Of a DNA stretch of 64,000 bases, positions 10,311 to 21,722 are shown one piece after another. The first letter of the stretch is position 1; each line of letters begins with the position of its first letter. The notes under the pieces are model-generated. The model saw nothing but the letters and a program-made list of their open reading frames with translations. It searched no databases and was not told the DNA's origin. Source of the DNA: TPA_inf: Saccharomyces (Eukaryota); contig BK006936.2 in assembly GCA_000146045.2 (NCBI GenBank), positions 544,001-608,000 on the forward strand. Direction: 5' to 3'. Position numbers and translations under genes: made by a program.

Positions 10311-12548
10311 ATCTTGCTGGAAAGGGAAACTTCAGTGAAGTAATAACGAAGGTGGTGTAGAGTATAAATTTTTATTAAGTATGCGCTTTGACGTTCACAT
10401 ATTTGTAAAAGATTTATTTGAGAAGATAGAATGGGTCTCATTTATTTATACTTAAATGCTTCTTTGGATGTCAAGCTTTCTTGATGCCGGACTTGCAGTC
10501 GAAGGGCTCTTTCCCAACAGATATGTAACCAAATGCGTCGAATAGAAAAAGAAAGTCTTCCAAGGAAAGTTTATTACGAGGGGTTTTGTGCATTAACGTG
10601 GCATATAATTAGGTATAAACTCAAGGTTGGCTTAAGATTAGCGAAACAAAAGTATAAACGACCCAAAATTGGAGTGGATGTGTTCTTTAACACATAAACT
10701 GTCGTACAAAAAAAAAAGAAACAAAGAGCAGTTGAAAGAACATCAAGATCATAAGGACCCCCATATCGTGATAATCATTGATGACCAAATCGTGAACTCC
10801 CTGCGCCTATGCCGTGCCATAGCAAATAAAGTACTGGGCTGGATTGTTAATGACTTGCATATTAACGACAGGTAAACGGTACCCTATTTTTCTTTTTTAC
10901 GTGCTACGGACGAAAAGTGAGGGTGATTAACGCTTCAAATAAGAAACGACGGCTAGCAGGGTCTAGATGCGTGAGATGAGATAAGGAAAAGAGCTCTGTG
11001 TCCCAGGTAATAATCCCTGGAGAGATATAATCTTCCCTACAACTTGATTGCATATTAACGCTCCCAAGTTGTGGCCATTGAAGAGCTCTACAGCAATGTC
11101 CCGACGAACGGAAATAACCCTCTTTTTCATGATATTTTCGGAGTTATCTCCACTGTCAACAACTATTCTCGAATATAACAGAATGAAAGGGATCACGTAC
11201 GCTTGTTATATTGCTGTCGTTCTCCGTTCGCAATCCCATTATATGCGAGGGGCAAAAGAAGAGACGGCCGGTAACTCATTTTTTGGTGTGTGAGAATTGC
11301 GGAAGCTTCGTTCTCCCACCTTTTTTCGCTGTGTTTTTCTTGTCCTCAGCACCGGCTGGTCAAGCCGGTGCTGAACGGCCGGAGAGAAATATAAACGGAT
11401 GAAAACGTGTTAATAATTGCATCAGTAGTAGGTGGCGGGGTTGTCTCATTTTTGTTATGGCGTAAGGTGAAAAATTGTAAAGGATTGGTTCGGTTGGGTT
11501 GGCGACAATTAATTATGGGATAAAAAATTGCTTAATCTTTATTGGAGCAATTACCTGCATAGGCACTCATAGGCCACAAGGGTTTGATGGCGGAAGGATG
11601 TTATACCTACGATACTACCATACATGTGATATGTCACTTTCTAGTCCGAAGCGTGGAACATATTATCTTGTTTGACGTTGTGGGTGTTAACCGTAATTGT
11701 CTGGGTACGCCGAAGGCACGGAGACCATGTTAAAATATGTTTCTCTTTTTTGCTCATTTTTTTCTATTTTTTGCTGCGCATTGCCCGAAGCTTTTCTTAG
11801 TGGTAGTCTGCTCTCGCGCTCTTTGTTACACTCGCAAAATTTTTTTGCTGGGCAAAATAAAGCACTCTCCGGCCATTACTGGCTGTCGTCCGCCAGGATT
11901 TTCATTAACTTGCAGAAGTAAACAAACAAAACACAATTATGACACCGTGGAAGTTTCCTAAATGGTAACAAAAAGCTTAATTGAAAGAAAGAATTTCCTT
12001 CAACTTCGGTTTCCTGGTTCCGCTATTTCTCGCTTGTTTCTTCTATTGGACTTAGGATGTCTCATCAATCATCTTATTCCTGCTGGTGTTTTTTGTATCG
12101 CCTTGCCTTGGAGTGTTTATGCTTGTCCTTTGTTCAGTAACCATTCTTCAAGTTTGTTTCAAGTAGTAGGATACCTTCAGATATACGAAAGAAAGGGAGT
12201 ATAGTTGTGGATATATATATATATAGCAACCCTTCTTTATAAGGGTCCTATAGACTATACTCTTCACACTTTAAAGTACGGAATTAAGGCCCAAGGGAAC
12301 TAACAAAAACGTTCAAAAAGTTTTAAAACTATATGTGTTAACTGTACAAAAATAACTTATTTATCATATCATTTTTTTCTCTGTTTATTTCTTCTAGAAC
12401 TTATACCTGTCTTTTCCTTTTATTCTTTGAATTTGGTTTAATATCCCTTTTTGGTTTAATATCCATCCATTCCTTTCACTTAGAACTAATAATTCCCTTC
12501 GTTTGATAATTTATCATTTTCCTTTTCTGTTAGTAAAGTACCCATTAA

Positions 12549-14198
12549 ATGAAACTAGAACGCGTAAGCAGCAATGGCTCCTTCAAAAGAGGTAGAGATA
12601 TCCAGTCACTTGAATCTCCGTGTACTAGACCGCTGAAAAAAATGTCACCTAGTCCATCTTTCACATCTCTTAAAATGGAGAAGCCTTTCAAAGATATTGT
12701 AAGGAAGTATGGAGGTCATCTTCATCAAAGTAGTTACAATCCCGGCTCAAGCAAAGTGGAGTTAGTAAGACCAGATTTGTCTTTAAAAACAGATCAAAGT
12801 TTTCTTCAAAGTAGTGTGCAAACTACGCCTAATAAGAAAAGCTGCAATGAGTATCTTTCAACTCCAGAGGCCACACCATTAAAAAATACGGCTACAGAAA
12901 ATGCATGGGCAACCTCTCGAGTTGTTTCTGCATCCAGTCTTTCTATAGTGACACCAACGGAAATTAAAAACATTCTTGTTGATGAATTCTCTGAATTGAA
13001 GTTAGGGCAACCTTTGACTGCTCAACATCAGCGAAGTCATGCGGTCTTTGAAATTCCTGAGATTGTGGAAAATATCATAAAAATGATAGTTTCTCTAGAA
13101 TCTGCAAATATACCAAAGGAAAGACCATGCTTAAGAAGAAATCCACAATCTTATGAGCACTCTCTGCTTATGTACAAAGACGAAGAGAGAGCAAAAAAAG
13201 CATGGTCAGCAGCCCAGCAGCTACGAGACCCACCATTAGTCGGACACAAGGAGAAGAAGCAAGGGGCCTTATTTAGTTGTATGATGGTTAACAGGTTATG
13301 GCTTAACGTAACAAGGCCTTTTCTTTTCAAAAGCTTGCACTTTAAGAGCGTCCATAATTTTAAGGAGTTTTTACGAACTTCCCAGGAGACGACACAAGTA
13401 ATGAGACCGTCTCATTTTATATTGCACAAATTACATCAAGTAACACAACCAGATATAGAAAGGCTTTCCAGAATGGAGTGTCAAAATTTGAAATGGTTAG
13501 AATTTTACGTTTGCCCTAGAATAACTCCCCCATTAAGCTGGTTTGATAACCTCCATAAACTTGAAAAGCTTATTATTCCAGGCAATAAAAACATAGATGA
13601 TAACTTTTTACTCAGACTATCACAGAGCATACCAAATTTAAAGCACTTAGTTTTAAGAGCATGTGATAATGTCAGTGATTCAGGTGTTGTTTGCATTGCT
13701 TTGAATTGCCCGAAATTAAAAACATTTAACATTGGCAGACATAGGCGTGGAAATTTAATTACGAGTGTCTCACTGGTCGCGCTAGGCAAATACACACAGG
13801 TGGAAACTGTGGGGTTTGCCGGTTGTGATGTTGATGATGCCGGTATTTGGGAATTTGCTCGATTAAATGGCAAAAATGTTGAAAGATTGTCTTTAAATTC
13901 CTGTCGTCTTTTGACTGATTACTCTCTACCCATTCTTTTTGCTTTAAACTCATTTCCAAATCTGGCTGTTTTAGAGATCAGAAATTTAGATAAAATAACT
14001 GATGTGAGGCATTTCGTGAAGTACAACTTGTGGAAAAAATCATTGGATGCCCCCATTCTAATCGAAGCATGTGAACGTATTACGAAACTAATCGATCAAG
14101 AAGAAAATAGAGTTAAGAGGATTAACTCCTTGGTTGCCTTAAAAGATATGACAGCTTGGGTTAATGCAGACGACGAAATAGAGAATAATGTGGACTAG
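12549..14198 (+). CDS. AMN1: Leucine-rich-repeat (F-box/LRR-like) antagonist of the mitotic exit network, 549 aa
   Basis: 549-aa ORF with C-terminal LRR motifs (LKHLVLRACDNVSDSGV..., NCPKLKTFNIG...); synteny matches YBR158W. Confidence 0.85.
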   Translation: MKLERVSSNGSFKRGRDIQSLESPCTRPLKKMSPSPSFTSLKMEKPFKDIVRKYGGHLHQSSYNPGSSKVELVRPDLSLKTDQSFLQSSVQTTPNKKSCNEYLSTPEATPLKNTATENAWATSRVVSASSLSIVTPTEIKNILVDEFSELKLGQPLTAQHQRSHAVFEIPEIVENIIKMIVSLESANIPKERPCLRRNPQSYEHSLLMYKDEERAKKAWSAAQQLRDPPLVGHKEKKQGALFSCMMVNRLWLNVTRPFLFKSLHFKSVHNFKEFLRTSQETTQVMRPSHFILHKLHQVTQPDIERLSRMECQNLKWLEFYVCPRITPPLSWFDNLHKLEKLIIPGNKNIDDNFLLRLSQSIPNLKHLVLRACDNVSDSGVVCIALNCPKLKTFNIGRHRRGNLITSVSLVALGKYTQVETVGFAGCDVDDAGIWEFARLNGKNVERLSLNSCRLLTDYSLPILFALNSFPNLAVLEIRNLDKITDVRHFVKYNLWKKSLDAPILIEACERITKLIDQEENRVKRINSLVALKDMTAWVNADDEIENNVD

Positions 14199-14684
14199 AT
14201 GGTTTTTGTGACTTTACCTATAAATAGTACACAACAGACCACCAGTAATTCTACACACTTCTTAACTGATAATATTATTATAATTGTAACTTTTTAGCAG
14301 CACTAAATTTAATGAATACATAGATTTTTAACTAGCATTTTACTATTCTGTACTTTTTACTTGAAATTCCAGAAGGGCCGAAGAAACCAGAATTCCTTCA
14401 CAGAAAACTATTGAACTACAGAATTCTCCAAAAGATACACTCATAGTGTTAAGACGAATCAATGTCTCGGATTTGGAAGTCCTTTATAGAGATAATTGTA
14501 GGGGCCTTTTGTAATGTTTCGGATGTTCTGTTTTAAGTCCGCGGGAGGCCTTTTTATTTTTCGCTTTTTTAGAGATTTCACGAATAAAAGCGTTGCAGAA
14601 ATGCAACTTCAAAAGAGACTGAAGGAAACACAGATAGAAGAACAGTCTTCAAAGCAATCAATTCGTGTCGGTGCAGCTTAAGAA

Positions 14685-15728
14685 ATGACTTTTATGCAAC
14701 AGCTTCAAGAGGCTGGGGAAAGATTTAGGTGTATCAATGGTCTTTTATGGGTTGTTTTTGGGCTTGGTGTCTTAAAATGTACAACGTTATCACTTAGATT
14801 TTTAGCTCTTATTTTTGATCTTTTTTTACTACCAGCAGTCAATTTCGACAAGTATGGTGCTAAAACTGGTAAATACTGTGCTATCACTGGTGCAAGTGAC
14901 GGTATTGGTAAAGAATTTGCTAGACAAATGGCGAAACGTGGCTTCAACTTGGTATTGATCTCGAGAACGCAATCTAAATTGGAGGCTTTACAAAAAGAAC
15001 TAGAAGATCAACATCATGTCGTTGTAAAGATTCTAGCCATTGACATTGCGGAGGATAAAGAATCCAACTATGAATCCATTAAGGAATTGTGTGCGCAGTT
15101 ACCAATCACCGTTTTGGTCAATAATGTTGGTCAATCACACTCCATTCCTGTTCCATTTTTGGAAACAGAAGAGAAGGAGCTTAGAAATATTATCACTATC
15201 AATAACACTGCTACATTATTAATTACACAAATCATTGCACCAAAGATTGTGGAAACTGTGAAAGCTGAAAACAAGAAGTCGGGTACTCGTGGTTTGATCT
15301 TAACCATGGGCTCATTTGGTGGTCTGATTCCCACCCCACTTTTGGCTACATACAGTGGTTCGAAATCATTCTTACAAGGTTGGTCTAACTCTTTGGCTGG
15401 GGAATTATCTAAAGATGCTATCGATGTTGAATTAATCATTTCATATTTGGTCACTAGCTCGATGTCTAAAATCAGAAGATCATCTTTAATGATCCCAAAT
15501 CCACAACAGTTTGTAAAATCCACTTTAAGAAGCGTTGGCAGACGCTGCGGCTCTCAAGAAAGATACGCTACTATGACCCCTTACTGGGCGCACGCAGTGT
15601 ATCAATTTGTAATTACAGAGACCTTTGGCGTTTACTCTAAGATTGTTAACTCCATTAATTATTCCTTCCATAAATCTATCAGAATTAGAGCCTTAAAAAA
15701 AGCCGCAAGACAGGTTAAAAAGGAATAG
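14685..15728 (+). CDS. IFA38: Microsomal 3-ketoacyl-CoA reductase (short-chain dehydrogenase/reductase), 347 aa
   Basis: Rossmann motif TGASDGIGKEFA, SDR catalytic YSGSK and a C-terminal KKxx-like end; 347 aa as for YBR159W. Confidence 0.9.
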   Translation: MTFMQQLQEAGERFRCINGLLWVVFGLGVLKCTTLSLRFLALIFDLFLLPAVNFDKYGAKTGKYCAITGASDGIGKEFARQMAKRGFNLVLISRTQSKLEALQKELEDQHHVVVKILAIDIAEDKESNYESIKELCAQLPITVLVNNVGQSHSIPVPFLETEEKELRNIITINNTATLLITQIIAPKIVETVKAENKKSGTRGLILTMGSFGGLIPTPLLATYSGSKSFLQGWSNSLAGELSKDAIDVELIISYLVTSSMSKIRRSSLMIPNPQQFVKSTLRSVGRRCGSQERYATMTPYWAHAVYQFVITETFGVYSKIVNSINYSFHKSIRIRALKKAARQVKKE

Positions 15729-15762
15729 AATTATCGTTCTCGAGATAGTTTTTATACAATAC

Positions 15763-15786
15763 ATATATATATATATATATATATAT
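15763..15786. repeat. (AT)12 dinucleotide microsatellite between IFA38 and CDC28
   Basis: Perfect atatat... run, read directly from the sequence. Confidence 0.95.
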
Positions 15787-16077
15787 TTACAAGAAAAGCA
15801 TGGCTTATGTATTATACTTGCTTATGTACCAATATATACATATATGGCCTTATTAGGGCAACAAACGCCAAAAATAAAAACGAACCTAAATGAGAAAAAA
15901 AGAGAAAAATTTGGAAAACAACAAGAACTCAAAAAAAAAAATTGGTGGAAGGACCAAGTCCTCTTGAAAGAAAATTTAATACTGCTTTTCCAGAATATCA
16001 TATTGGAAAAAATATTCAAGCCAGCACATCAGCTACAGTGGAAAATAGCCCAGATCAAATAGAACTATCCTTCGAAC

Positions 16078-16974
16078 ATGAGCGGTGAATTAGCAAATTA
16101 CAAAAGACTTGAGAAAGTCGGTGAAGGTACATACGGTGTTGTTTATAAAGCGTTAGACTTAAGACCTGGCCAAGGTCAAAGAGTAGTCGCATTGAAGAAA
16201 ATAAGACTAGAGAGTGAAGACGAGGGTGTTCCCAGTACAGCCATCAGAGAAATCTCATTATTGAAGGAATTAAAAGACGATAATATTGTCAGATTATACG
16301 ATATTGTTCACTCTGATGCACACAAGCTATATCTTGTTTTTGAGTTCCTCGATTTGGACCTGAAAAGATATATGGAGGGTATTCCAAAGGACCAACCGTT
16401 AGGAGCTGATATTGTTAAGAAGTTTATGATGCAACTTTGTAAGGGTATTGCATACTGCCACTCACACCGTATTCTGCATCGTGATTTAAAACCGCAGAAC
16501 TTATTGATTAACAAAGATGGGAATCTAAAACTAGGTGATTTTGGCTTAGCGCGTGCTTTTGGTGTTCCGTTGAGAGCTTACACACATGAAATTGTTACTC
16601 TATGGTATAGAGCTCCGGAGGTATTACTGGGTGGAAAACAATATAGTACAGGTGTCGATACATGGTCCATCGGCTGTATATTTGCCGAAATGTGTAACAG
16701 GAAACCAATCTTCAGTGGCGATAGTGAGATCGATCAGATTTTCAAGATATTCAGAGTATTGGGAACGCCGAATGAAGCTATATGGCCAGATATTGTCTAC
16801 TTGCCTGATTTCAAGCCAAGCTTTCCTCAATGGCGCAGAAAAGACCTATCACAAGTGGTACCAAGTCTAGATCCACGCGGTATTGATTTGTTGGACAAAC
16901 TCCTCGCGTATGACCCTATTAACCGGATTAGCGCCAGAAGAGCAGCCATCCACCCCTACTTCCAAGAATCATAA
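16078..16974 (+). CDS. CDC28: Cyclin-dependent kinase Cdk1, 298 aa
   Basis: The translation [26 protein letters not shown]...[14 protein letters not shown]...[10 protein letters not shown] is Cdc28 (GxGxxG loop, PSTAIRE helix). Confidence 0.98.
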
Positions 16975-17222
16975 GCATTATAATCTATTTCGCTATTATA
17001 TTACAAATGCTACTGCACTGTCATTATAGCCTAGTAAAGTATATAGTGAATACAATATACTCAGTTTCAACATTATGATGGGTAACTCCATCAGAAAATA
17101 TATTCATCGTCATATACGGAACATTCAGTTATACGCGAAAGTAAAAGTGAGAGCTTTTCAGGGGTTAAAAGCTGGGCGTGTTCCATGACGTATTTACCGA
17201 GGTCGTATTATCAAAGAAAATG

Positions 17223-17246
17223 AAAAAAAAAAAAAAAAAAAAAAAA
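17223..17246. repeat. Poly(dA)24 homopolymer tract between CDC28 and CSH1
   Basis: 24 consecutive A residues. Confidence 0.95.
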
Positions 17247-17633
17247 GCGAAGAGGAAAAAGACAAACGAAAAACAAAACGAAATAACGCATTGTATGCTG
17301 GGGCCTCAATTGAACTTCTTTGACTATAAGGAGTTCGCTTGTTTAAAGCCGTTTCGCATCTGACTCGCCCTTGGTTTTTTTCTCTGTTCTTGTTTTTGAC
17401 CTCCGCAAATTCATTGCTCTTTGAATTTTGAAGAGTTTCATTGTCACCGTTGAATAACCGAGACGGGTATTGTTTTTATTTCCTTCATTATTTACATCGC
17501 AACACGATTTTTATTAGCTTCCTCAAGGAGCGCTGACCGTATATAATATAATTTCAACAACCGAACAAGGCAGTGCGAAGCGGTGCACCTTACAACAGTG
17601 CTAAAGTAGTTACAGTAAACCAATTAATACGTG

Positions 17634-18764
17634 ATGAAGAAGGAGTTGAAAATTCTTATAATAGCGAACATTGCATTACTTATCTCTATAATACATTACA
17701 CATTTGATTTGTTGACGTTATGTATAGATGATACTTCCAAAGATGCGCTAACAGATGAACAGCTGAACCCCCCCAATGGCTTCAATTCAACATTCTATGA
17801 GTCTCCTCCTCAACTCATACCGAAAATCATTCATCAAACCTACAAAACAAACGATATCCCAGAACAGTGGGTAAAAGGGAGGCAGAAGTGCATTGATTTA
17901 CATCCGGATTACACTTACATTTTATGGACGGATGAAATGTCTGATACTTTCATTAAACAGGAATACCCGTGGTTTCTTGACACCTTTAGGAGTTATGAAT
18001 ATCCAATTGAGAGGGCGGATGCAATACGGTATTTCATCCTTTCGCATTATGGTGGTATTTACATTGACTTGGATGATGGTTGTGAAAGAAGGCTAGACCC
18101 TTTGTTGAAAGTACCAGCATTTCTAAGGAAAACTTCGCCTACAGGAGTGTCAAATGATGTGATGGGCTCTGTTCCAAGGCACCCCTTCTTCTTGAAGGTC
18201 ATCAAATCGTTGAAACACTATAAGAAAAACTGGTACATTCCATATATGACAATCATGGGCTCTACGGGCCCCTTATTCATTAGTGTGGTTTGGAAGCAAT
18301 ATAAGAGATGGTCTAATACGGCCGAAAATGGTGCGGTAAGAATTTTACAACCTGCAGATTATAAAATGCATAATAATTCTTTTTTCTCAATATCTAAAGG
18401 TTCCTCCTGGCATACGGGTGATGCCAATTTTATGAAAACTCTAGAGAATCACATCTTGTCTTGCGTGGTTACCGGATTCATTTTTGGCTTTTTCATATTA
18501 TACGGTGAATTTACATTTTATACTTGGCTGTGCTCGGGACCATTTAACAACAAACGCTATTACATTCAGTGGTTGAGTGACAAGTTCAAGTTACACAAGT
18601 GGAAACTAACATCGTCTTACAAGAATAAGGAAAAGAGGCGGAATCCTACTCGTCACGAATATAATTCGAGGGGTAAGAGATTAAGAAAAGATTCTAATAT
18701 CCCCTACGACAGCGTTTTCCTTGATATAGAAAAGAATCACGCAAAATTTACCGACTTAACCTGA
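17634..18764 (+). CDS. CSH1: Mannosylinositol phosphorylceramide synthase catalytic subunit (glycosyltransferase, DxD), 376 aa
   Basis: The ORF track starts at GTG 17631; the first ATG is at 17634 and gives 376 aa. It has the DLDDG motif of Sur1/Csh1-type mannosyltransferases; synteny matches YBR161W. Confidence 0.85.
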   Translation: MKKELKILIIANIALLISIIHYTFDLLTLCIDDTSKDALTDEQLNPPNGFNSTFYESPPQLIPKIIHQTYKTNDIPEQWVKGRQKCIDLHPDYTYILWTDEMSDTFIKQEYPWFLDTFRSYEYPIERADAIRYFILSHYGGIYIDLDDGCERRLDPLLKVPAFLRKTSPTGVSNDVMGSVPRHPFFLKVIKSLKHYKKNWYIPYMTIMGSTGPLFISVVWKQYKRWSNTAENGAVRILQPADYKMHNNSFFSISKGSSWHTGDANFMKTLENHILSCVVTGFIFGFFILYGEFTFYTWLCSGPFNNKRYYIQWLSDKFKLHKWKLTSSYKNKEKRRNPTRHEYNSRGKRLRKDSNIPYDSVFLDIEKNHAKFTDLT

Positions 18765-19012
18765 TTGAATTGCCACTGTTCTACCCCTATAATATTGTGA
18801 GCATGGATAAATCTCAAAAACAATGGCGTATAGATATATAACAGGTATTAAATCTTAGTATTTAAGAATTACAAGTAACATGCATTCCTATAAAAATTAA
18901 AGAGAAAAAAATTCGATTATAAAATAGTACAATGTCCAGAAGCTTGGTTTTTAATAGTATATAATAAAGATAAAGATAGATAGAGAACATAACTCTAAAC
19001 TTTAAGAGTGAA

Positions 19013-19052
19013 TTTTTTTTTTTTAGTTTAGTTTTTTTTTTTTTTTTTTTTT
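19013..19052. repeat. Poly(dT) tracts of 12 and 21 nt separated by agtttag, at the convergent 3' ends of CSH1 and TOS1
   Basis: Read directly from the sequence. Confidence 0.95.
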
Positions 19053-19202
19053 ACAATAATGTATTGTTCTTGGAAAATAACACAATCTGTTCAAAGTGGA
19101 CAGAAACCCTAAAACAAAAATAATAACGGGGAAGGAAAAAAATAGCAAGTGAAACATAAATGAAAAAAAGGAAAATTTTATTGGTTAATAAGAAACGATC
19201 GA

Positions 19203-20570
19203 CTATGGCAAGGCCGCAGAAGAACCGGACTTGCTCAACCATTGGTCAACGACATCATCGCTTAAAGTAGCATCAAAGCTTTCGTCGACTTCGATAATGT
19301 GAATAGTTTTATCACTTGAATTAAAGATTACGGCAGCCTTTAAAGTACCATCAGTTGGTCTCTCGAAGTAATCTTGAGTACCACCATCTTGGCCGTCATG
19401 GATGTGTGAGATTAATTTATCAGAACCAGCGGTCAAAATTTCGAACAAATCCATTTCACCACAGCCAGTTTTCCAACAAGAACAAGATGCATCACCATAT
19501 TGCAAGGTTCTTGGGATTTTTGCATTTAATAACCAAATAGCTGGCATATCTTGATTGTAGGCAGAACCGCTGGTGTCACTTGGCATAGAAAATTCGAAGA
19601 CGAAAATTTTATCAGCCCCACCAAACCCATGATAAGCAGGAATGCCTTCTCTGTAATAACCACAATCGCCGTTATTACCGGAACATTCTTCACCGGAGAA
19701 AATCATGAATTCATTACCAGATTTAATGGTGACATCACCAAGAGCTTGAGCGGAGGCAGCACCAGAAACACCATCTGAAGCAGCAAAAGAGATGGAGTTA
19801 CCGAAACAACTCGACCAGACACCAGAACCGGCAGTCCCCCCTTGGTTGTTCATGAATGTACAGTTGCTAGTAGAGCCTGGGACAAAGTAGGAACCTCTGG
19901 ACCAGTCACCGTTAGTGTTAGAAGATGATGACGAAGATGATGAAGCAGCAGCAGCAGAAGAGGTGGTTTTAGAGGAAGAGATGGAAGACTGGCTTTCACT
20001 CGTTTCAACTGCTTGAGCACTGCTGGACAAAACAGTAGAGTCTTTAGTGTAAGAAGAAGGAACAGCAGGACCGACAACGGTATTGGTGGAATCGGCTGTG
20101 ACTGTTTGACCATTACTGTCGACGTAAACAGTGGAAGTAACTTGAACATATTCAACAGCAACATCCCTCTTGTGCTGATGCTTATGTCTGGAGACAACAG
20201 CTTCACCTTCCTTACAGGACTCGATTGATTGTTTCTCTGATCTTTTCTTCAAAGCATTAGATTCACCATTTGGGTAGTAAACACCAAATTGTAGTAACTC
20301 GATCGGACCCCTGAAATGAACAGATAGTTCCTCGTTGAAGGGAGCCAAGCTACCAGAAGCAGTGAAATCAGCTTGGGTACAAGCACAAGAAGATTCATCC
20401 ATATTGGTGACATCTTGGTAGGTAGCAGATAAACCGACGTTAGAGTAAATGATGGCATCGGTTTGAGCACAATAGTAATTACCGCCAGAGTAAGTACAAT
20501 CAGCGTTCACGAGTGACACAACTGAAGAAAACAAACCGACTAATGCGGTCATGGAAAGCTTTTGTAACAT
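19203..20570 (-). CDS. TOS1: Secreted cell-wall protein Tos1 (Target Of SBF), 455 aa, Ser-rich
   Basis: 455-aa ORF with a signal peptide (MLQKLSMTALVGLFSSVVSLVNA), a poly-Ser tract and a C-terminal Cys-rich glucanase-like domain; synteny matches YBR162C. Confidence 0.9.
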   Translation of the reverse strand: MLQKLSMTALVGLFSSVVSLVNADCTYSGGNYYCAQTDAIIYSNVGLSATYQDVTNMDESSCACTQADFTASGSLAPFNEELSVHFRGPIELLQFGVYYPNGESNALKKRSEKQSIESCKEGEAVVSRHKHQHKRDVAVEYVQVTSTVYVDSNGQTVTADSTNTVVGPAVPSSYTKDSTVLSSSAQAVETSESQSSISSSKTTSSAAAASSSSSSSSNTNGDWSRGSYFVPGSTSNCTFMNNQGGTAGSGVWSSCFGNSISFAASDGVSGAASAQALGDVTIKSGNEFMIFSGEECSGNNGDCGYYREGIPAYHGFGGADKIFVFEFSMPSDTSGSAYNQDMPAIWLLNAKIPRTLQYGDASCSCWKTGCGEMDLFEILTAGSDKLISHIHDGQDGGTQDYFERPTDGTLKAAVIFNSSDKTIHIIEVDESFDATLSDDVVDQWLSKSGSSAALP

Positions 20571-20973
20571 TTTTTTCGTTCAAATTCCGTTAGGTTTTAG
20601 ATATTTTATGGGGTGTAAATGGAAAAACGAAAAGGTGAGAAAAAGACGTTCTATTGAAGGAGTGACTAGAAGTTGGATAAGTTAGGTTGGTTTGAGTTTT
20701 GATTCTGGAGTCTTCTTGCGAGAAAAGAAATAATTATAATATAAAAAAAAATTGAATGGAGATAAGAAGTTTAACTAGCAAAGTTCGAGAGATATAAAAA
20801 GTAGAGATGCGAAAATAAAATTAAAACAAATCTGAAAATAATGGAAGTGAAACAAGGCTAAGCAAGAAAATTTTCTATATTGCCAAGACAGGAACGTTTG
20901 TGATGAATCACATCTGCATTCGTGGTATATTTAAATGAAAATCCCAAGTTTCGAATTTTCACGTTTGCTGTAC

Positions 20974-21048
20974 GACGAAAAAGCGTGGAAAAATAAACAA
21001 AACCAGCACTAAATCGCCAACGAAAAAGGAAAGTCGCCAACGCGAAAA
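20974..21048. promoter_or_regulatory. TOS1: Cluster of SCB/MCB-like elements (gACGAAAA, aACGAAAA, CGCGAAAA) in the TOS1–YSY6 divergent promoter
   Basis: Perfect CGCGAAAA at 21041..21048 plus two one-mismatch copies at 20974..20981 and 21020..21027; TOS1 is reported as an SBF target. Confidence 0.4.
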
Positions 21049-21230
21049 GAAAAGAAAAAGCGAGGCGCAGATCTCGTGGTATGTGATATCGTGTCTAATG
21101 ACTTGACGTGGCTTTTTTTCTTGTCGCCATCTGCGCTTACTTGCGTTATATCAAATATAATTTCAGCACAGCATTACATGCAGAAATAGCAGGGTGCAGA
21201 GGTCGAAGTAGATAGAGGACAACACCTGCG

Positions 21231-21428
21231 ATGGCCGTACAGACACCAAGACAAAGACTGGCTAATGCCAAGTTTAACAAGAATAACGAAAAGTATAGAA
21301 AATACGGTAAGAAGAAGGAGGGCAAAACTGAGAAAACCGCACCTGTGATATCCAAAACTTGGTTGGGTATTCTTCTGTTTCTTCTCGTAGGTGGTGGTGT
21401 TTTGCAACTAATCAGCTATATCCTATGA
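21231..21428 (+). CDS. YSY6: RAMP4/SERP1-family small ER membrane protein, 65 aa
   Basis: 65-aa ORF MAVQTPRQRLANAKFNKNNEKYRKYGKKKEG... with a C-terminal transmembrane helix; matches YBR162W-A. Confidence 0.85.
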   Translation: MAVQTPRQRLANAKFNKNNEKYRKYGKKKEGKTEKTAPVISKTWLGILLFLLVGGGVLQLISYIL

Positions 21429-21722
21429 AGCAGTGGCAAATTGCATATATAAGTGTACAGTGGAAGCAAGTACGTAAATAAATAAGCGATTTCGAATAAT
21501 AATAACAACAAGCATAAGGCAGTATTACCCGCGTTGTCATTTATGGATGCGAAAAAAGATGAAGTAATTCAAGTGCTATTGTGATTTACCATGCCAATCA
21601 AACGTGCAACAAAGATGAGTATGAGGGGGGACCCAGGCATAGTACACAGAAAAGCTTTGTAGACTGTCTTTGTTTTCTTAATTTTTCAAGTAGGCTTTCT
21701 GCTTTTCTTCTGTACTTATCGT

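Noticed and set aside
10669-12204. Seven short ORFs (60–81 aa) in the ICS2–AMN1 gap as candidate novel genes
   Set aside because: Several start with non-ATG codons, they have no recognisable motifs and their frames overlap one another. That is consistent with random ORFs in AT-rich DNA, and the evidence is insufficient to call any of them.
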